This document shows positions 47,406 through 59,914 of a DNA stretch of 62,000 nucleotides, in pieces. Each line of letters begins with the position of its first letter. Positions within the stretch are counted from its first letter, which is position 1. Under the pieces are notes generated by a model. That model saw nothing but the letters and a program-made list of their open reading frames with translations, did not search any database and was not told where the DNA came from. The DNA lies in NCBI RefSeq assembly GCF_004010195.1, contig NC_057718.1:74593403-74655402 (forward strand), given 5' to 3'. The stretch is from Chiloscyllium plagiosum (Eukaryota). The position numbers were made by a program, and so were the translations under genes.

Positions 47406-48239
47406 GGATTAGAGTGGTGCTGGAAAAGCACTGCAGGTCAGACAGCATCCGAGGAGCAGGAAAATCGACGTTTCGGGCAAAAGCCCTTCCTCAGGAATAG
47501 AGGCAGGGTGCCTGCAGAGTGGGGAAATGAGGAAACTGGTGAAATCCACATTGATGCCAGGGGGTTGAAGTTGTTCCGAGGCGGAAGATGAGGCGTACTT
47601 CCTCCAGGTGTTGGGTAGTGAGGGAGCGGAGGTGGAGGAGGCACAGGTCCTGCATGTCCTCGGCAGAGTGGGAGGGGGAGTTGAAATGTTGGTGTGGTTG
47701 ATTGGTGCGGGTGTCCTGGAGATGTTCCCTAAAGTGCTCTGCTAGGAGGCGTCCAGTCTCTCCAGTGTAGAGGAGACCTCATGTGGACGAGATGCGTTGG
47801 AGGGCATCTTTAACCAAGTGGGAAGGGAAATTGTGGTCTCTAAAGAAGGAGGCCATCTGGTGTGTTCTGTGGTGGAACTGGTCCTCCTGGGAACAGATAC
47901 GGTGGAGGCGGAGGAATTGGGAATACGGGATGGCATTTTTGCAGGAGGTAGGGTGGGTAATCCAGGTAGCTGTGGGAGTCGGTGGGTTTGTAAAAAATGT
48001 CAGTGTTAAGTCGGTCGTCATTAATGGAAATGGATAGGTCCAGGAAGGGGAGGGAGGTGTCAGAGATGGTCCAGGTAAATTTACGGTTGGGGTGGAATGT
48101 GTTGGTGAAGTTGATGAATTGCTCAACCTTCTCGCGGGACAACGAGGTGGCGCCAATGCAGTCATCAATGTAGCGGAGGAAGAGGTGGTGAGTGGTGCCA
48201 GTGTAACTACAGAAGATGGACTGTTCTATGTAGCCAACA
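47406..48239 (-). mobile_element. Internally deleted Neptune-type PLE fragment with 11-bp TSD
   Basis: aagtagtgact at 47395-47405 and 48240-48250. FLRYIDDCIG, LPFLD and YKPTDSHSYLDY; hammerhead core at 47467-47494. Confidence 0.88.
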
Positions 48240-48539
48240 AAGTAGTGACTTCCAATTTTCCTATACCTCCCTTCTCCACAGAATATGTAATGCACTATAA
48301 ATAGCTTTGTCCCGAATGTCTAACCAACTTTGTGCTCCATGCTAATTTTAATGATATCTATGTGTGCAGTCCAGAATTCTATACTCTTTGCCTATATGTA
48401 TTGTCGGTGTGGGGTGGGGAGGGGTGCAATATTAGTAGTTACTTCTTTAAACGAGCTGGTACCCCTTAAAGAGATGGTACATTGTGACTGCAGCAAGCGA
48501 TTAGAGTCGTATGCGTCTCTAGCCATGAGTGATGAATGG

Positions 48540-48852
48540 ATAACCCTGGAATAAAGTTGGAAACAAGGGTTTGGGATTTTGTATGGAAAGTTGTGGTGAA
48601 AAAAGTTGAAGAGAAAGAGAGTGAGACAGAGAGATACACCTGGAGCTGGTTGTGTGATGAGGGGTGTTGTTGGAAACCCTCCAGACACAAAATAAGAAGA
48701 CAAAAGGAAAAAAGTGTCACAGAGACTAGTAGTGGAAGTCAAATCCTGAGTGCCTGGATGATAGAATATTTGCAGCACAGGAAGAGGCTATTCAGTGCAT
48801 CATGTAGTGCAACCAGAGGTTCAATGACATCATGTGAGTGGTTAAGGTTAAG
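48540..48852 (+). pseudogene. Second possible Myb/SANT-like Harbinger ORF2 remnant
   Basis: SAWM.. then, in another frame, M*CNQRFNDIM*VVK followed by gttaag, similar to QCRKRFNDL. Confidence 0.4.
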
Positions 48853-49025
48853 AAATGCATTTCTAAACAACAAATCATACCAATACATTTTCAGTTTTCA
48901 CCACTGCTTTCACCAAACTCCATCACCACATTCCCCAAAAATCCTAATAAGTCAGGACACATATCTAAATTTGATTGCACTCTCATGAGTTCAGCACTGC
49001 TTCAAAACATCATGCCAACAATATC

Positions 49026-49340
49026 GGGCAGCACGGTGGCACAGTGGTTAGCACTGTTGCCTCACCAGAGACCCGGGTTCAATTCCCGCCTCAGGCGACT
49101 CTCTGTGTGGAGTTTACACATTCTCCCAGTGTCTGCGTGGGTTTCCTTCGGGTGCTCTGGTTTCCTCCCACAGTCCAAAAATGTGCAGGTAAGGTGAATT
49201 GGCCATGCTAAATTGCCCGTAGTGTTAGGTGAAGGGATAAATATAGGGGAATGGGTCTGGGTGGGTTGCATTTCGGCGGGTCGGTGTGGACTTGTTGGGC
49301 CAAAGGGCCTGTTTCCACGCTGTAAGTAATCTAATCATAG
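49026..49340 (+). mobile_element. Full-length HE1-type V-SINE
   Basis: A/B boxes, V-domain, CR1-like tail. Confidence 0.92.
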
Positions 49341-50284
49341 GATAAACATTTCTGACAGCTATTCAACCCAAGAGCTACATTACCCAAATTTTTGCATGTC
49401 ACTCAGATATTTTTTGCAGAAGATGTAGAACAATTGGCAATAGAAACTAATTACAGTGGGAAAGATATGCCTATATATTCCAAATCCTAAGGATAAACAG
49501 GGGAGCTACATATTTTAAGAAAGATCATTGTTGAAAACACTGAGACTATCAAAGATGATGGTATCCTCGTATCTAAATCCCATTCTCCATCATGGTTCTC
49601 TTGTCTTACTAGCTGCAAATAGTGTATTCGTTATACCATTTACTTTCTGATCTTCCATCAGCATAAGAAAACACACCGAGGCTTCTGCGAGCCCAGAGAT
49701 CTATTAGTATGTTGAAATGGATATGGTCTAGAAAAAAATTGCTTGATTGAGTGCACTTGTTCCATAATCTACTCTGACAATTTTACAGATATGACAAGTG
49801 CTTGCAGTTTCAACTAGTGATACTTTAAATATTCTGGATGATATCCACTTTTATAGGGTTATAGCAAAGTAGCATTTTTTATTAACTTAAAAACGTATGA
49901 ATGCACTGCTATTTTTTTTAAAAAAAAATACTCGATTGTTGTCACAATCGGGTTTATTGGTTCTGTGCAGCATGCGTAGTGAGTGAAGGAGTTTGGAAGA
50001 ACCATACTTTGATATGGATTGCAAGTGCTATGCAGGATGGGCAGTTAGGCATACAGGGTATGAGAGGCCACAAGGTTAGGTGCAAGGACTAGCTTGGTGT
50101 GAACAGCATGGCTAAGACCTTTTGAAGTTACTTTTCAAAACATTTGCTCACTCAGAATATGGTTAACAGCATCTCTACAGAGGTTGTGAACTACATTATC
50201 ATACAGTACAGAAAAGGTTCTTCTATCCATTCAGTCAGTATCACCATGAATGTTTTAGACACTTAAAATTGTGGAGGTCTAGGA

Positions 50285-50380
50285 GATGCTTCCAAATAAA
50301 CCTGTTGGGACTATAACCTGGTGCTATGTGATTTTTAACTTTGTACACCACAGTCCAACACTGGCATCTCCAAATCTTGA
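50285..50380 (+). mobile_element. Family-C terminal fragment
   Basis: tgcttccaaataaacctgttgggactataacctggtg...ggcatctccaaatc. Confidence 0.65.
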
Positions 50381-50673
50381 TTTCTCTCACTAGTCTTTAA
50401 GATCTTGATCATTAAATACTCAACAGTTCCGTGTGACACAAAATAATTGTTGCTCTTAATTTGCATACATTTTAATTACATATTGCAGGAAATATTACAG
50501 GATTGGCATGTCGAATAACTGAAGATTGGTCCACTCAAGAGGACAAGGCATGAATTCACAATGGTAGAATGTGTTTGCTTGAAATGGAATGTAGAACATT
50601 AACAGAATGGGAGATAAATGAATTGCAGAACTTAGGCTAATGCTGGCATATAAATGTGATATGTTGCCATAGC

Positions 50674-51005
50674 AGCATGGTGATTTAGCATCACAATACC
50701 AGGGACGCTGGTTTGATTCAAGCCTTGGGAAACCCTCTGTGTGGAGTTTGCACGTTCTCCCTCTGTCAGCTCGGGTGCTCAGATTTCCTCCTCCTGTCCA
50801 AAGATATGCAGGTGAGGTGGACTGGCCATGCTAAATTACACTGTAGTGTCTAGCGTTCTGCAGGCTAGGTAGGTTAACATGGCAAGTATGGGGTTACACG
50901 GATAGGGTGGAAGGGTTGGTCTGGTGGGTTGCTCTTTGGAAGGCCGGTGCAGACCTAGTGGGCCAAATGGCCTCTGCCTTCATTGTAGGGGTTCAATGAT
51001 TCTAT
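50674..51005 (+). mobile_element. Older V-SINE (HE1-related)
   Basis: gtgtggagtttgcacgttctcc, ggccatgctaaatt and a diverged tail. Confidence 0.8.
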
Positions 51006-51334
51006 GAAAATAAAACTGAAGAGTGTGCTCTGCATTCTGCTGGAAATGCCACCCAGGCAGTGTGCATGAAAACCAATCCATTTTCTTCCAAACCTCTTAA
51101 TTTGCATTGCAGCTTACTCAGTTGACAGTATTGTAGACCTCTGTGTTTCTTTTTACCATTCAGGAACAATAGTGTACAGATGTTTAACTGCATTCTAATC
51201 TGTAATTTTACTTTTAAAATACGAGCTTTAACAATACCAATCCTACAGCATAGAAATGCTGATAATTTTGAATTACCCACATCAAATGTAAATTACAGTA
51301 TTAAACATCCATTAAGAATTGAGCTTTTGGAATA

Positions 51335-51550
51335 GCTCTAGTGACTCAACAGATGAATGCATCGCCAAATATATCACTTAATCTGATAGACCAGAAAACC
51401 TCCAGGCTTAGCGACTGATTTATGTGGACTCAGGTGACCACCGCTAAGAGATTATTAAGATATCAAAATTAGATTCTGCATTTGTAGGCTAAAGATAAGC
51501 CTAGTTTGCACTTCTGATGGCTAGCTTATGATTCAGATTGGAAAATACCT
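51335..51550 (+). mobile_element. LF-SINE-like ancient remnant
   Basis: tagaccagaaaacctccagg and agcctagtttgcacttctgatggctagcttatgattcagattggaaa are colinear with the LF-SINE 5' half as recalled. Confidence 0.45.
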
Positions 51551-51734
51551 TAATGTTAACTTGTAAACATAAGGGAGCAGGAGAAAACAAAATACCCAGG
51601 AAACCAGGAAACATACTGTGATGTCTTTTTTTTGAAGTTCATTCATTTTATTAGCATTTTACTTCCAGATTGGGAAAGGGTAAGGAAACCTCTTCTATAC
51701 TATCACCTAACACTGTCTGTTATTTATGAATCAC

Positions 51735-52700
51735 TTGGATGAAACACTTGAGGGTAGAATGGTTACAAAATAGACTCTGATGGTGCAATGGGTGGATGTC
51801 CTCACCAAAGGTGCCACAGTAGCACCACTACTGATCAAGCTTGTTGGGTCAATCTTCTTGCCACAGATGTATCTATCCATGACAGTACTGGGAAGAATGA
51901 TCACTGTGCAATCCTTGCAGATACAAGATCCTACCTTTCGTCTATACTGAGGACAACCATTATTGTGTTGTGGCACAGTAACCGTGCTAAATAGGATAAA
52001 TCCAGAACAAATCTATCAACTCAAAACTGGGCACCGATCAGTCTTTGTGGATGTTAGCAACAGCAGAATTGTATTCTATCATAATCTGAAACTTAATTAT
52101 CTGGCATATCCTGCAGTCTACAATTACCATGAAGCTAGGAACCAACCTTGGTTCAATGAACCATGTTAGGACAGCATGACAGGGGGAGCATCAGAGGTAG
52201 CTAAAAATGAGGTGCCAACCTTATGAAGGCAACAAAATTGGTGCCATCTATATGCATACCGAATAATAAAAGCAGTTTTTGTTATACTCAGAGTCAAATG
52301 ACCCCACAATCAATGTTTCAGATTAATACTGAGCACTCCTGCTATATCTAGTCGCAAATCATACTGCATAATTAAATAAGAGGAGCTTACATAAAAATTC
52401 CCACTATCAATGATAATGGAGCCCAGCATATGAATGTGAATGAGGCAGCTGAAAGCTTTGCATTAAGCTTCAGCTAAATGCGAAACATAAAAAACCCCAT
52501 ATCCTGCAGGTTTCCCTCTAAATTACATACCATCCTGACTAAGAAATATATCACCATTCTTTTTTGAAGAATAGCCAAAATCCTGGGAGCCCCTTCCTAA
52601 TACTAGTATGGATACACCTACATCAAATGGATAGCGTCAAGGACTCAGCTTAACATCATCTTAAAAATTAAGAATGAACAATATTTGCTGGTTTTGCCAG
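51735..52700 (+). mobile_element. Old, deleted non-LTR (LINE) fragment
   Basis: NQPWFNE motif (post-endonuclease PW); HDSTGKNDHC resembles the SDH region; tail related to the SINE tail at 5830-5920. Confidence 0.5.
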
Positions 52701-52705
52701 GAGAC

Positions 52706-55700
52706 AAATTTCTACAAGGCACCTCTGCGCTCGAACCCTACCCCGCTAACTGCAACAAGGATAGAATCGCCCCCCCAGTCCTCACATTCCACCCCACTAA
52801 TTCCCAAATCCAGCGTATCATCCTCTGCCATTTTCGCCACCTACAGTCAGACTGCACCATCAAAAGTATAGGACATAGAACAGTCCAACACAGTTCAGGC
52901 CCTTCGGCCCTCTATGTTGTGCCAGCCTTTTATCCTATTCTTAGATCAGACTAACCTACATATCCTTCATCATACTAACTTCCATATGACTATCCAACAG
53001 TTGCTGATGCATCTGACTCTACTACCACTGCTGGCAGTGCATTCCACGTACCCATCACTAAAGAACCTACTTCTAACATTTCCCCTAAACCTTCCTTCAG
53101 TTACCTTAAAATTATGCTCCCTCCTGATAGATATTTCTGCCCTGGAAAAAAGTCTCTGGATATCTACTCTATTCATGCATCTCACCATCTTGTACACCTC
53201 TATCAAGTCACTTCTCATCCTTCTTCTCTCCAATGAGAAAAGCCTGAATTCCCTCAACCCATCTTCATAAGACATTCCCTCCAGTCCAGGCAGCATCCTG
53301 TTAAATCTCCTCTGCATCCTCTCTGAAGCTTCCACATCTTTCCTATAATGAGACAACCAGAGCTGAACACAATATTCCAAGTGTGGTCTAACCAGGATTC
53401 TATGAAGCTGAAACATAATCTCGTGGCTCTTAAACTCAATCCCCCTGCTAATGAAAGTCAACACACCATATGCCTTCTGAACAACCCTATCAACTTGGGT
53501 GGCAACTTTGAGAGCTCAATGGACATGGACCCCAAGATCGCTCTGTTCCTCTACACTGCCAAGAATCCTGCCTATAACCCTGTATTCTGCATTCAAATTC
53601 AACCTTCCAAAGTGAATGACTTCACACTTTTCCAGGTTGAACTTCGTCTGCCACTTAACAGCCCAGTTCTGCTTCCTGTCAATGTCTTGTTGCAACAACA
53701 CTCTCCACACTATCCACAACTCCACCAACCTTCATGTCACTGGCAAACTTACTAATCCACCCTTCCACTTCCTCATCCGAGTCTTTTATAAAAATCACGA
53801 ACAGCACAGGTCCCAGAACCGATCCCTACGGAACACCACTGGTCATCGAGCTCTAGACTGAATACTTTTCATCTGCCACCACTGTCTGTCTTCTCTTGGC
53901 CAGCCAATTCTGTATGCAGATAACCAGGTTTCCCCCTGTATCCCATGCCTCATTACATTCTGAATTAGTCTATCATGGGGAACCTTATCAAATGTCTTGT
54001 TAAAATTCATGTACCATATTCCACTGCTCTACCTTCATCAACATGTTTTGAAACAACCTGCTCCCCCCCTCACAAAACCATGCTGATTATTTCTAACCAA
54101 ACTATGACTTTCCAAGTAATCATAAATTCTATCTCTCAAAATCCTGTCCAATACCACTGACGTAAGACTGACTGGTCTGTAATTCCCAGGATTATCTCTG
54201 TTCCCTTTCTTGAACAAAGGAAAATAACAATTGACACCCTCTAATCACTTGGCCCTAATCCAGTGGACAGTGAGGACGCAAAGATCATCGCTAAAGATGC
54301 AGCAATCTCTTCCCTCACTTCCTGTAGTAACCTAGGGTACAGCCCGTCTGACCCAGGGGATTTATCTATCTTTACAGTTTTCAAAATTTCCAGCACATCC
54401 TCCTTTTCAACCTGTTCTAGAAAACCAGTCTGTTTCACGCTGTCCTCAGAAACGTCAAGGTCCCTCTCAATAGTGAATACTGAAGCAAAATATTCATCAA
54501 GGACCTCCCCTACTTCCTCTGACCCCAGGCACAAGTTCCCTCCACTATCCCTGATCGGTCCTACCCTCTCTCTGGCCATCCTCTTGTTCCTTACATAAGT
54601 GTAGAATACCTTAGGGTTTTCCTTAGTCCTACCCACTAAAGCTTTTTCATGCCCTCTTCTAGCTCTCCTAAGGCCATTCTTCAGTTCCTTCCTGGCTACC
54701 TTGTAACTCTCTAAAGCCCTGTCTGATCCTTGCCTCCTCAAACTTAAGTAAGCTTCCTTCTTCCTCTTAACTAGATCTTCCACATCCCTTGTCACCCAAG
54801 GTTCTTTCAACCTACCATCCCTTCCTTGGTCTAGTGGGACAAACCTGTCCAGCACTATCAGCGGGTGTTTCCTAAACAACTTCCACATTTCTGTTGTGCA
54901 TTTTCCTGAGAACATCTTTTCCCAATTTAGGTGCCCCAGTTCCCACCTAATAGCATTGTAATTCCCCTCTCCCCCAATTAAATACTTTCCCATACTGTCT
55001 GCTCCTATCCCTCTCCATGACTATAGTAAAGATCAGGGAGTTGTGATGACTATCACCAAAATGCTCTCCCACTGAGAGATCTGATACTTGTCATGGTTTA
55101 TTGCCAAGCATCAAATCCAATATGGTCTCCTTTCTCATTGGCCTATCTACATATTGCGTCAGGAAACCTTTCTGGACACACCTGATAAAAACTACTCCAT
55201 CCAAATTATTTGAACTAAGTAGGTTCCAACAATATTAGGGAAGCTTAAATCACCCATGACAACAATTGTGTTACTTCTACACATTTCCAAAATCTGCCTC
55301 CCAATCTGCTCCTCCATGTCTCTGTTGCTTTTGGGGGGGCCTGCAGAAAACTCGCAACCAAGTGACTGCTCCTTTTCTGTTTCTCACCTCCACCCATATT
55401 AACTCTGTAGGCAAACACTCCTCCTTGATCTCCCTTTCTGCAGCTGTGCTCCACCTCTTTTACCTTGCCCCCATTCCCTCTCCACCCTGATCTGTGTTCC
55501 GTAATGACCATTCTCTCTGTGACTCCCTTGTTAGGTCCACACTCCCCACTAAACCCCTCTCCACACCTGGCACCTTCCCCTGCACCGAATGAGGTACAAA
55601 ACCTGTATCCACATCTCCCCCCTCATCTCTGTCCAAGGCCCAAAAGGATCATTCTACATCTGGCACAGGTTTACTTGCACATCCTCGAACTTCATTTACT

Positions 55701-56275
55701 GCATCCATTGCTCTAAATGTGGTCTCCTGTACATCGGAGAATCCGAGTGCCAACTCATGGAATGGTTCAGGGAACATCTCTGATCCATACACACCAACCA
55801 ACCCCAGCATCCATTTCAACCCCCCCCCCCCACTGCCCCCATGCCATGTCCATTCTAGACCTCCTCCATCACCTAAACAAGGCCACCTGCAACCAGGAGA
55901 AGAGACTTCTCATCTTCCGCCTTGGGAGCCTACAACCACACAACCTACACACTGAGTTCATCAGTTTCTAAATCTCCCCTCCCCCCAGTTCATCCCAGAT
56001 CCAACCTGCCAAATCAGATCCATCCTCTTGACCTGACCTACCTGTCCATCTTCCTTCCCACGTATCCATTCACAATTCCCATCAACCTATCACAATCACC
56101 TCCTACCTTCACCCAGCTAGCGCCATCCCAACTACCTTTCCCCTAGCCCCATCCTCCACATTTATTTCTTAGCCCAACATCCTCCTCCCCAGTCCTGATG
56201 AAGGTTTAAGCCCATAACGTTGACTCTCTTGCTCTTCAGATGCTGTCTGACCTGTTGTGCTTTTTTCCACAACTC
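52706..56275 (+). mobile_element. Neptune-type PLE 3' half split by a CR1 insertion (pieces 52706-52870 and 55473-56275)
   Basis: NKDRIAPPVLTFHPTN..IQRIILCHFRHLQSD continues after the LINE into FTCTSSNFIYCIHCSKCGLLYIGES (GIY-YIG) and the terminus. Confidence 0.8.
52871..55472 (-). mobile_element. CR1/HER1-type LINE (APE end to 3' tail, decayed)
   Basis: ORFs 54241-54993 (EPWVT..KSPGSDGLYPRLL), 53516-53728 and 52970-53464 (LVRPHLEYCVQLW). Confidence 0.92.
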
Positions 56276-56676
56276 AGGACCAACAAAGGATGCTATGACT
56301 CCACTCTGCCAGTCTGACCTGTGATTGTCATAATGGTCATTGCAGTCTCAATCATCTGGCAGAATGCACAGTAGTGTAGGAAGGTGGACAATTACTTTCT
56401 CTTCTCAGCGTAAGTGACACTATCTTCTCTTTGATACCTCACATTCATTCTTTCTTTCTTTGCTACTGTATCTACATCCCGTCAAGGATCATTTCTACCA
56501 CTCTCCCTGTGGCCTGCAACATCTTCCCTCAATTACTGTCACACACCCCAAATGATCACAACACAAGCCCTGTGTGGCCTCTGCATTGTCTACTCACTTA
56601 CTTGGGACACCTCTACACCTGCATAAAAGTAACAGCTGTACCATCCAATACCCATCAAGCCACCGAGACAATGAAG

Positions 56677-56749
56677 AACAAATATATAGGCAAATTATGA
56701 AAAGATGCAATGACAACAAATATATAGGCAAATTATGAAAAGATGCAAT
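56677..56749 (+). repeat. Tandem duplication, 35-bp unit with 38-bp period
   Basis: aacaaatatataggcaaattatgaaaagatgcaat at 56677-56711 and 56715-56749. Confidence 0.9.
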
Positions 56750-57818
56750 AACTTCCCCAACATTATCTGGGAATCCCTTAGAGCAAGAAGTTTAGAAGGT
56801 GCAGAATTTGTTAACTGCATCCAAGAAGGTTTCTTGAAACAGTATGTAGATAGTGCAACTGAAGGACGGGCCATGCTGGAGCATGTATTGGTTAATGAGC
56901 CTGACCAAGTGACAGACCTTTCAGTCATAGAGGAATTTGGAAACAATGACCACAACTCCTTAAGGTTTAAGATAGCTATGAAGAAGGATAAGCCATGAAC
57001 TTGCGAGAAGGTACTAAGTTGGGAGAGGGCAAATTACATCAGTATTAGGCAGGAGCTAGCGAGTGTTAATCCGGAGGAACAGTTATCGGCAAGTCCACAT
57101 TTGATATTTATGAGTTGTTTAAAGGCTTCGTGATCACAGTTCAGGACTGGCATGTTCCAGTAAGGAGGATGGAGAAGGATGGCAAGGTAAGGGACCCTTG
57201 GATAACGAGATAGGTTGTGAATTTAGTTGAAAGGAAAACAGAAGCATATGTAAGGTTTATGAAGCTAAAATTGCACAGGACCTGAGAGGAATATAAAGAA
57301 AACAGGTAAGAACTCAAATTAAGAAAGCAAGAAGGAGCCGTAAAACGACCTTGGCAAATGGGTTAAAAAAAATTCCAAGACGTTCTATACATACATTAAA
57401 AACAAGAGGATAACTAGGGAGAAGATAGGACCACTCAAGGAAAAGGAGGGAACTTGGGCTTGGAGGCAGAAGATGTAGGATGGTGAGATTTGTGTGGAGC
57501 ATGCTAATATGCTAGGGCATTTTGAGATCAAGAAAGACATGAGTGTTGGATTTCTTGAAGACCATTAAGTTGGATAAATCCCCAGGGCGCAATAATATCT
57601 ATCCCAAGTTATTGAGAGAGGCAACAAAGGTGTTTGCTGGGGCCTTGACCAAGACCTTTGCATTCTCACTAACCACTGCAGAGGTCCCCAAGAACTGGAC
57701 AGTAGTTAATATTGTTTCACTGTTCAAGAAAGGAAATAGGGATATGCCAGGAAACCATAAACCAACGAGTCTCATATCGGTGGTTGGGAAGCTATTGGAG
57801 GGATTTCTTAGGGAGAAA
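56745..57818 (+). mobile_element. CR1-type LINE ORF2 fragment
   Basis: NFPNIIW..FLKQYVDSAT..FGNNDHN; KSPGRNNIYPKLL..PTSLISVVGKLLE. Confidence 0.88.
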
Positions 57819-58181
57819 ATTGCAGGTTAGGAAGGCGGTGCTGAGTTCAAGGGATTTGACTGAGACAAGGTGGGGGGAGGGGACTCAGCACCGCCTTCCT
57901 AACCTGCAATCTTCTTCCTGACCTCTCCGCCCCCACCCCCACTCCAGCCTATCACCCTCACCTTGACCTCCTTCCACCAATCGCATTTCCAACGCCCCTC
58001 CCCCAAGTCCCTCCTCCCTACCTTTTATCTTAGCCTGCTGGACACACTTTCCTCATTCCTGAAGAAGGGCTCATGCTCGAAACGCGATTCTCCTGCTCCT
58101 TGGATGCTGCCTGACCTGCTGCGCTTTTCCAGCAACACATTTTCAGCTCTGATCTCCAGCATCTGCAGTCCTCACTTTCTC
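57819..58181. mobile_element. Young PLE 3' terminus with short inverted piece
   Basis: attgcaggttaggaaggcggtgctgagt / actcagcaccgccttcctaacctgcaat; terminus near-identical to 1-214. Confidence 0.85.
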
Positions 58182-59567
58182 GTATTCATATACTCATCCA
58201 GACAACTTTTAAATGCTGTAATTGTACCAACCTCTACCACTTCCTCTGGCAGCTCATTCCGTATACGTTCCACACTCTGCGTGAAAAAGTCGCTCCTTAG
58301 GTTCTTTTTATATTTTTCTCCTCTCATCCTAAATCTATGCCCTCTGGTTCTGAACTCCCCACAAACCAGGGAAAATACTTTGTCTATTTATCCTATCCAT
58401 GCCCCTCATGATTTTGCAAATCTCTATAAGGTCACCTCTCAGCCTCCGATGCTCCAGGTAAAATAGTCCCAGCCTGTTCAGCCCCTCCCTATAGCTCAAA
58501 TCCTCCATCCCTGGCAACATCCGTGTAAATCTTTCCCGAACCCTTTTAGTTTTCACAACATCCTTCTGATAGGAAGATCAGAACTGCACACAATATTCTA
58601 AAAGTGGCCTAATCAATGTCCTGTACAGCTGCAACATGACCTTCCAACTCGTATACTCAATACTCTGATCAATAAAGGAAAGCATAACAAATGCCTTCTT
58701 CACTATCGTACATACCTGTAATTCTACTTTCAAGGAACTGTGAAACTGCGCTCCACGATCATTTTGTTCAGCAACACTCCTGAGGATCTTACATTAAGTC
58801 CTACTTTGATTTGCTTTTCCAAAATGCAGCATCTCACATTTATCTAAATTAAACTGCACAGCCCATTGACTCACCTGATCAAGATCCCATTGTAATCTGA
58901 GGTAATCCTCTTCTCTGTCCACTACACCTCCAATTTTGGTGTCATCTGCAAACTTAATAACTATATCTCCTATGCTCATGTCCAAATCATTTTATATAAA
59001 TGACAAAAAGTAGTGGACCCAGCACCGATCCTTGTGGCACTCCACTGGTCACAGGCCTCCAGCCTGAAAAGCAACCCTCCACCACCACCCTCTGTCTTCT
59101 GCCTTTGAGCCAGTTCTGCATCCAAATGGCTAGTTCTCCCTGTATTCCATAAGATCTAACCTTGCTAACCAGCCTCCCATGGGGAACCTTGTCGATTGCC
59201 TTACTTAAGTCCGTATATAGCACATCCATTGTTGTGCCCTCATCGATCCTCTTTGTTACTTCTTCAAAAAACTCAATCAAGTTCATGAGACATGACTTCC
59301 AACAGACAAAGCCATGCTGACTATCCCTAATCGGTCCTTGCTTTTCCAAATACATGTAAATTCTGTCCCTCAGGATTCCCTCCAACAACTTGCACACTAC
59401 TGATGTCAGGCTCACCAGTCTATAGTTCCCTGGCTTTTCCTTACCACCTTTCTTAAAGAGTGACACCACGTTAGCCAACCTCCAGTCTTCCGACACCTCA
59501 CTTGTGACTATCGAAGATGCAGTCACTTCCCTAGCTTCCCACAGAGTTCTAGGGTATACCTGATCAG
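58182..59567 (-). mobile_element. CR1-type LINE RT fragment
   Basis: ORF 58987-59688 SQHGF..DLSKAIDKVPH..GVPQGSVLGPLLF; KFADDTK in ORF 58794-58985. Confidence 0.92.
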
Positions 59568-59650
59568 GTAGGAGAAAGTGAGGACTGCAGATGCTGGAGA
59601 TCAGGGTCGAGAATGTGGTGCTGGAAAAGCACAGCAGGTCAGGCAGCAAC
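59568..59650 (-). mobile_element. PLE terminal stub
   Basis: aggagaaagtgaggactgcagatgctggagatcag...gcaggtcaggcagca. Confidence 0.8.
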
Positions 59651-59914
59651 CAGATAGGAGGGTGTAGACTGCCACGTAGGGAGGGCACAAGCTGGATATG
59701 AGGATTTTCCTTTTAAGTAAGCACTCAGATTCACTAGGCATCCATGAACAACAAAGTGGTTAGGAATATGGTGTTATAATTTAAATGTGCCTGCATTTTT
59801 GGAATTTCTTAATTTTTTTTTAAACCTTGCTTCAAGTACTTCTTCAGAAGTACTTCTAAGATATTTGGGCCAATTTTTATTTTCAGGTAGCTTATAGCTG
59901 CTTGCTCGCAACCA

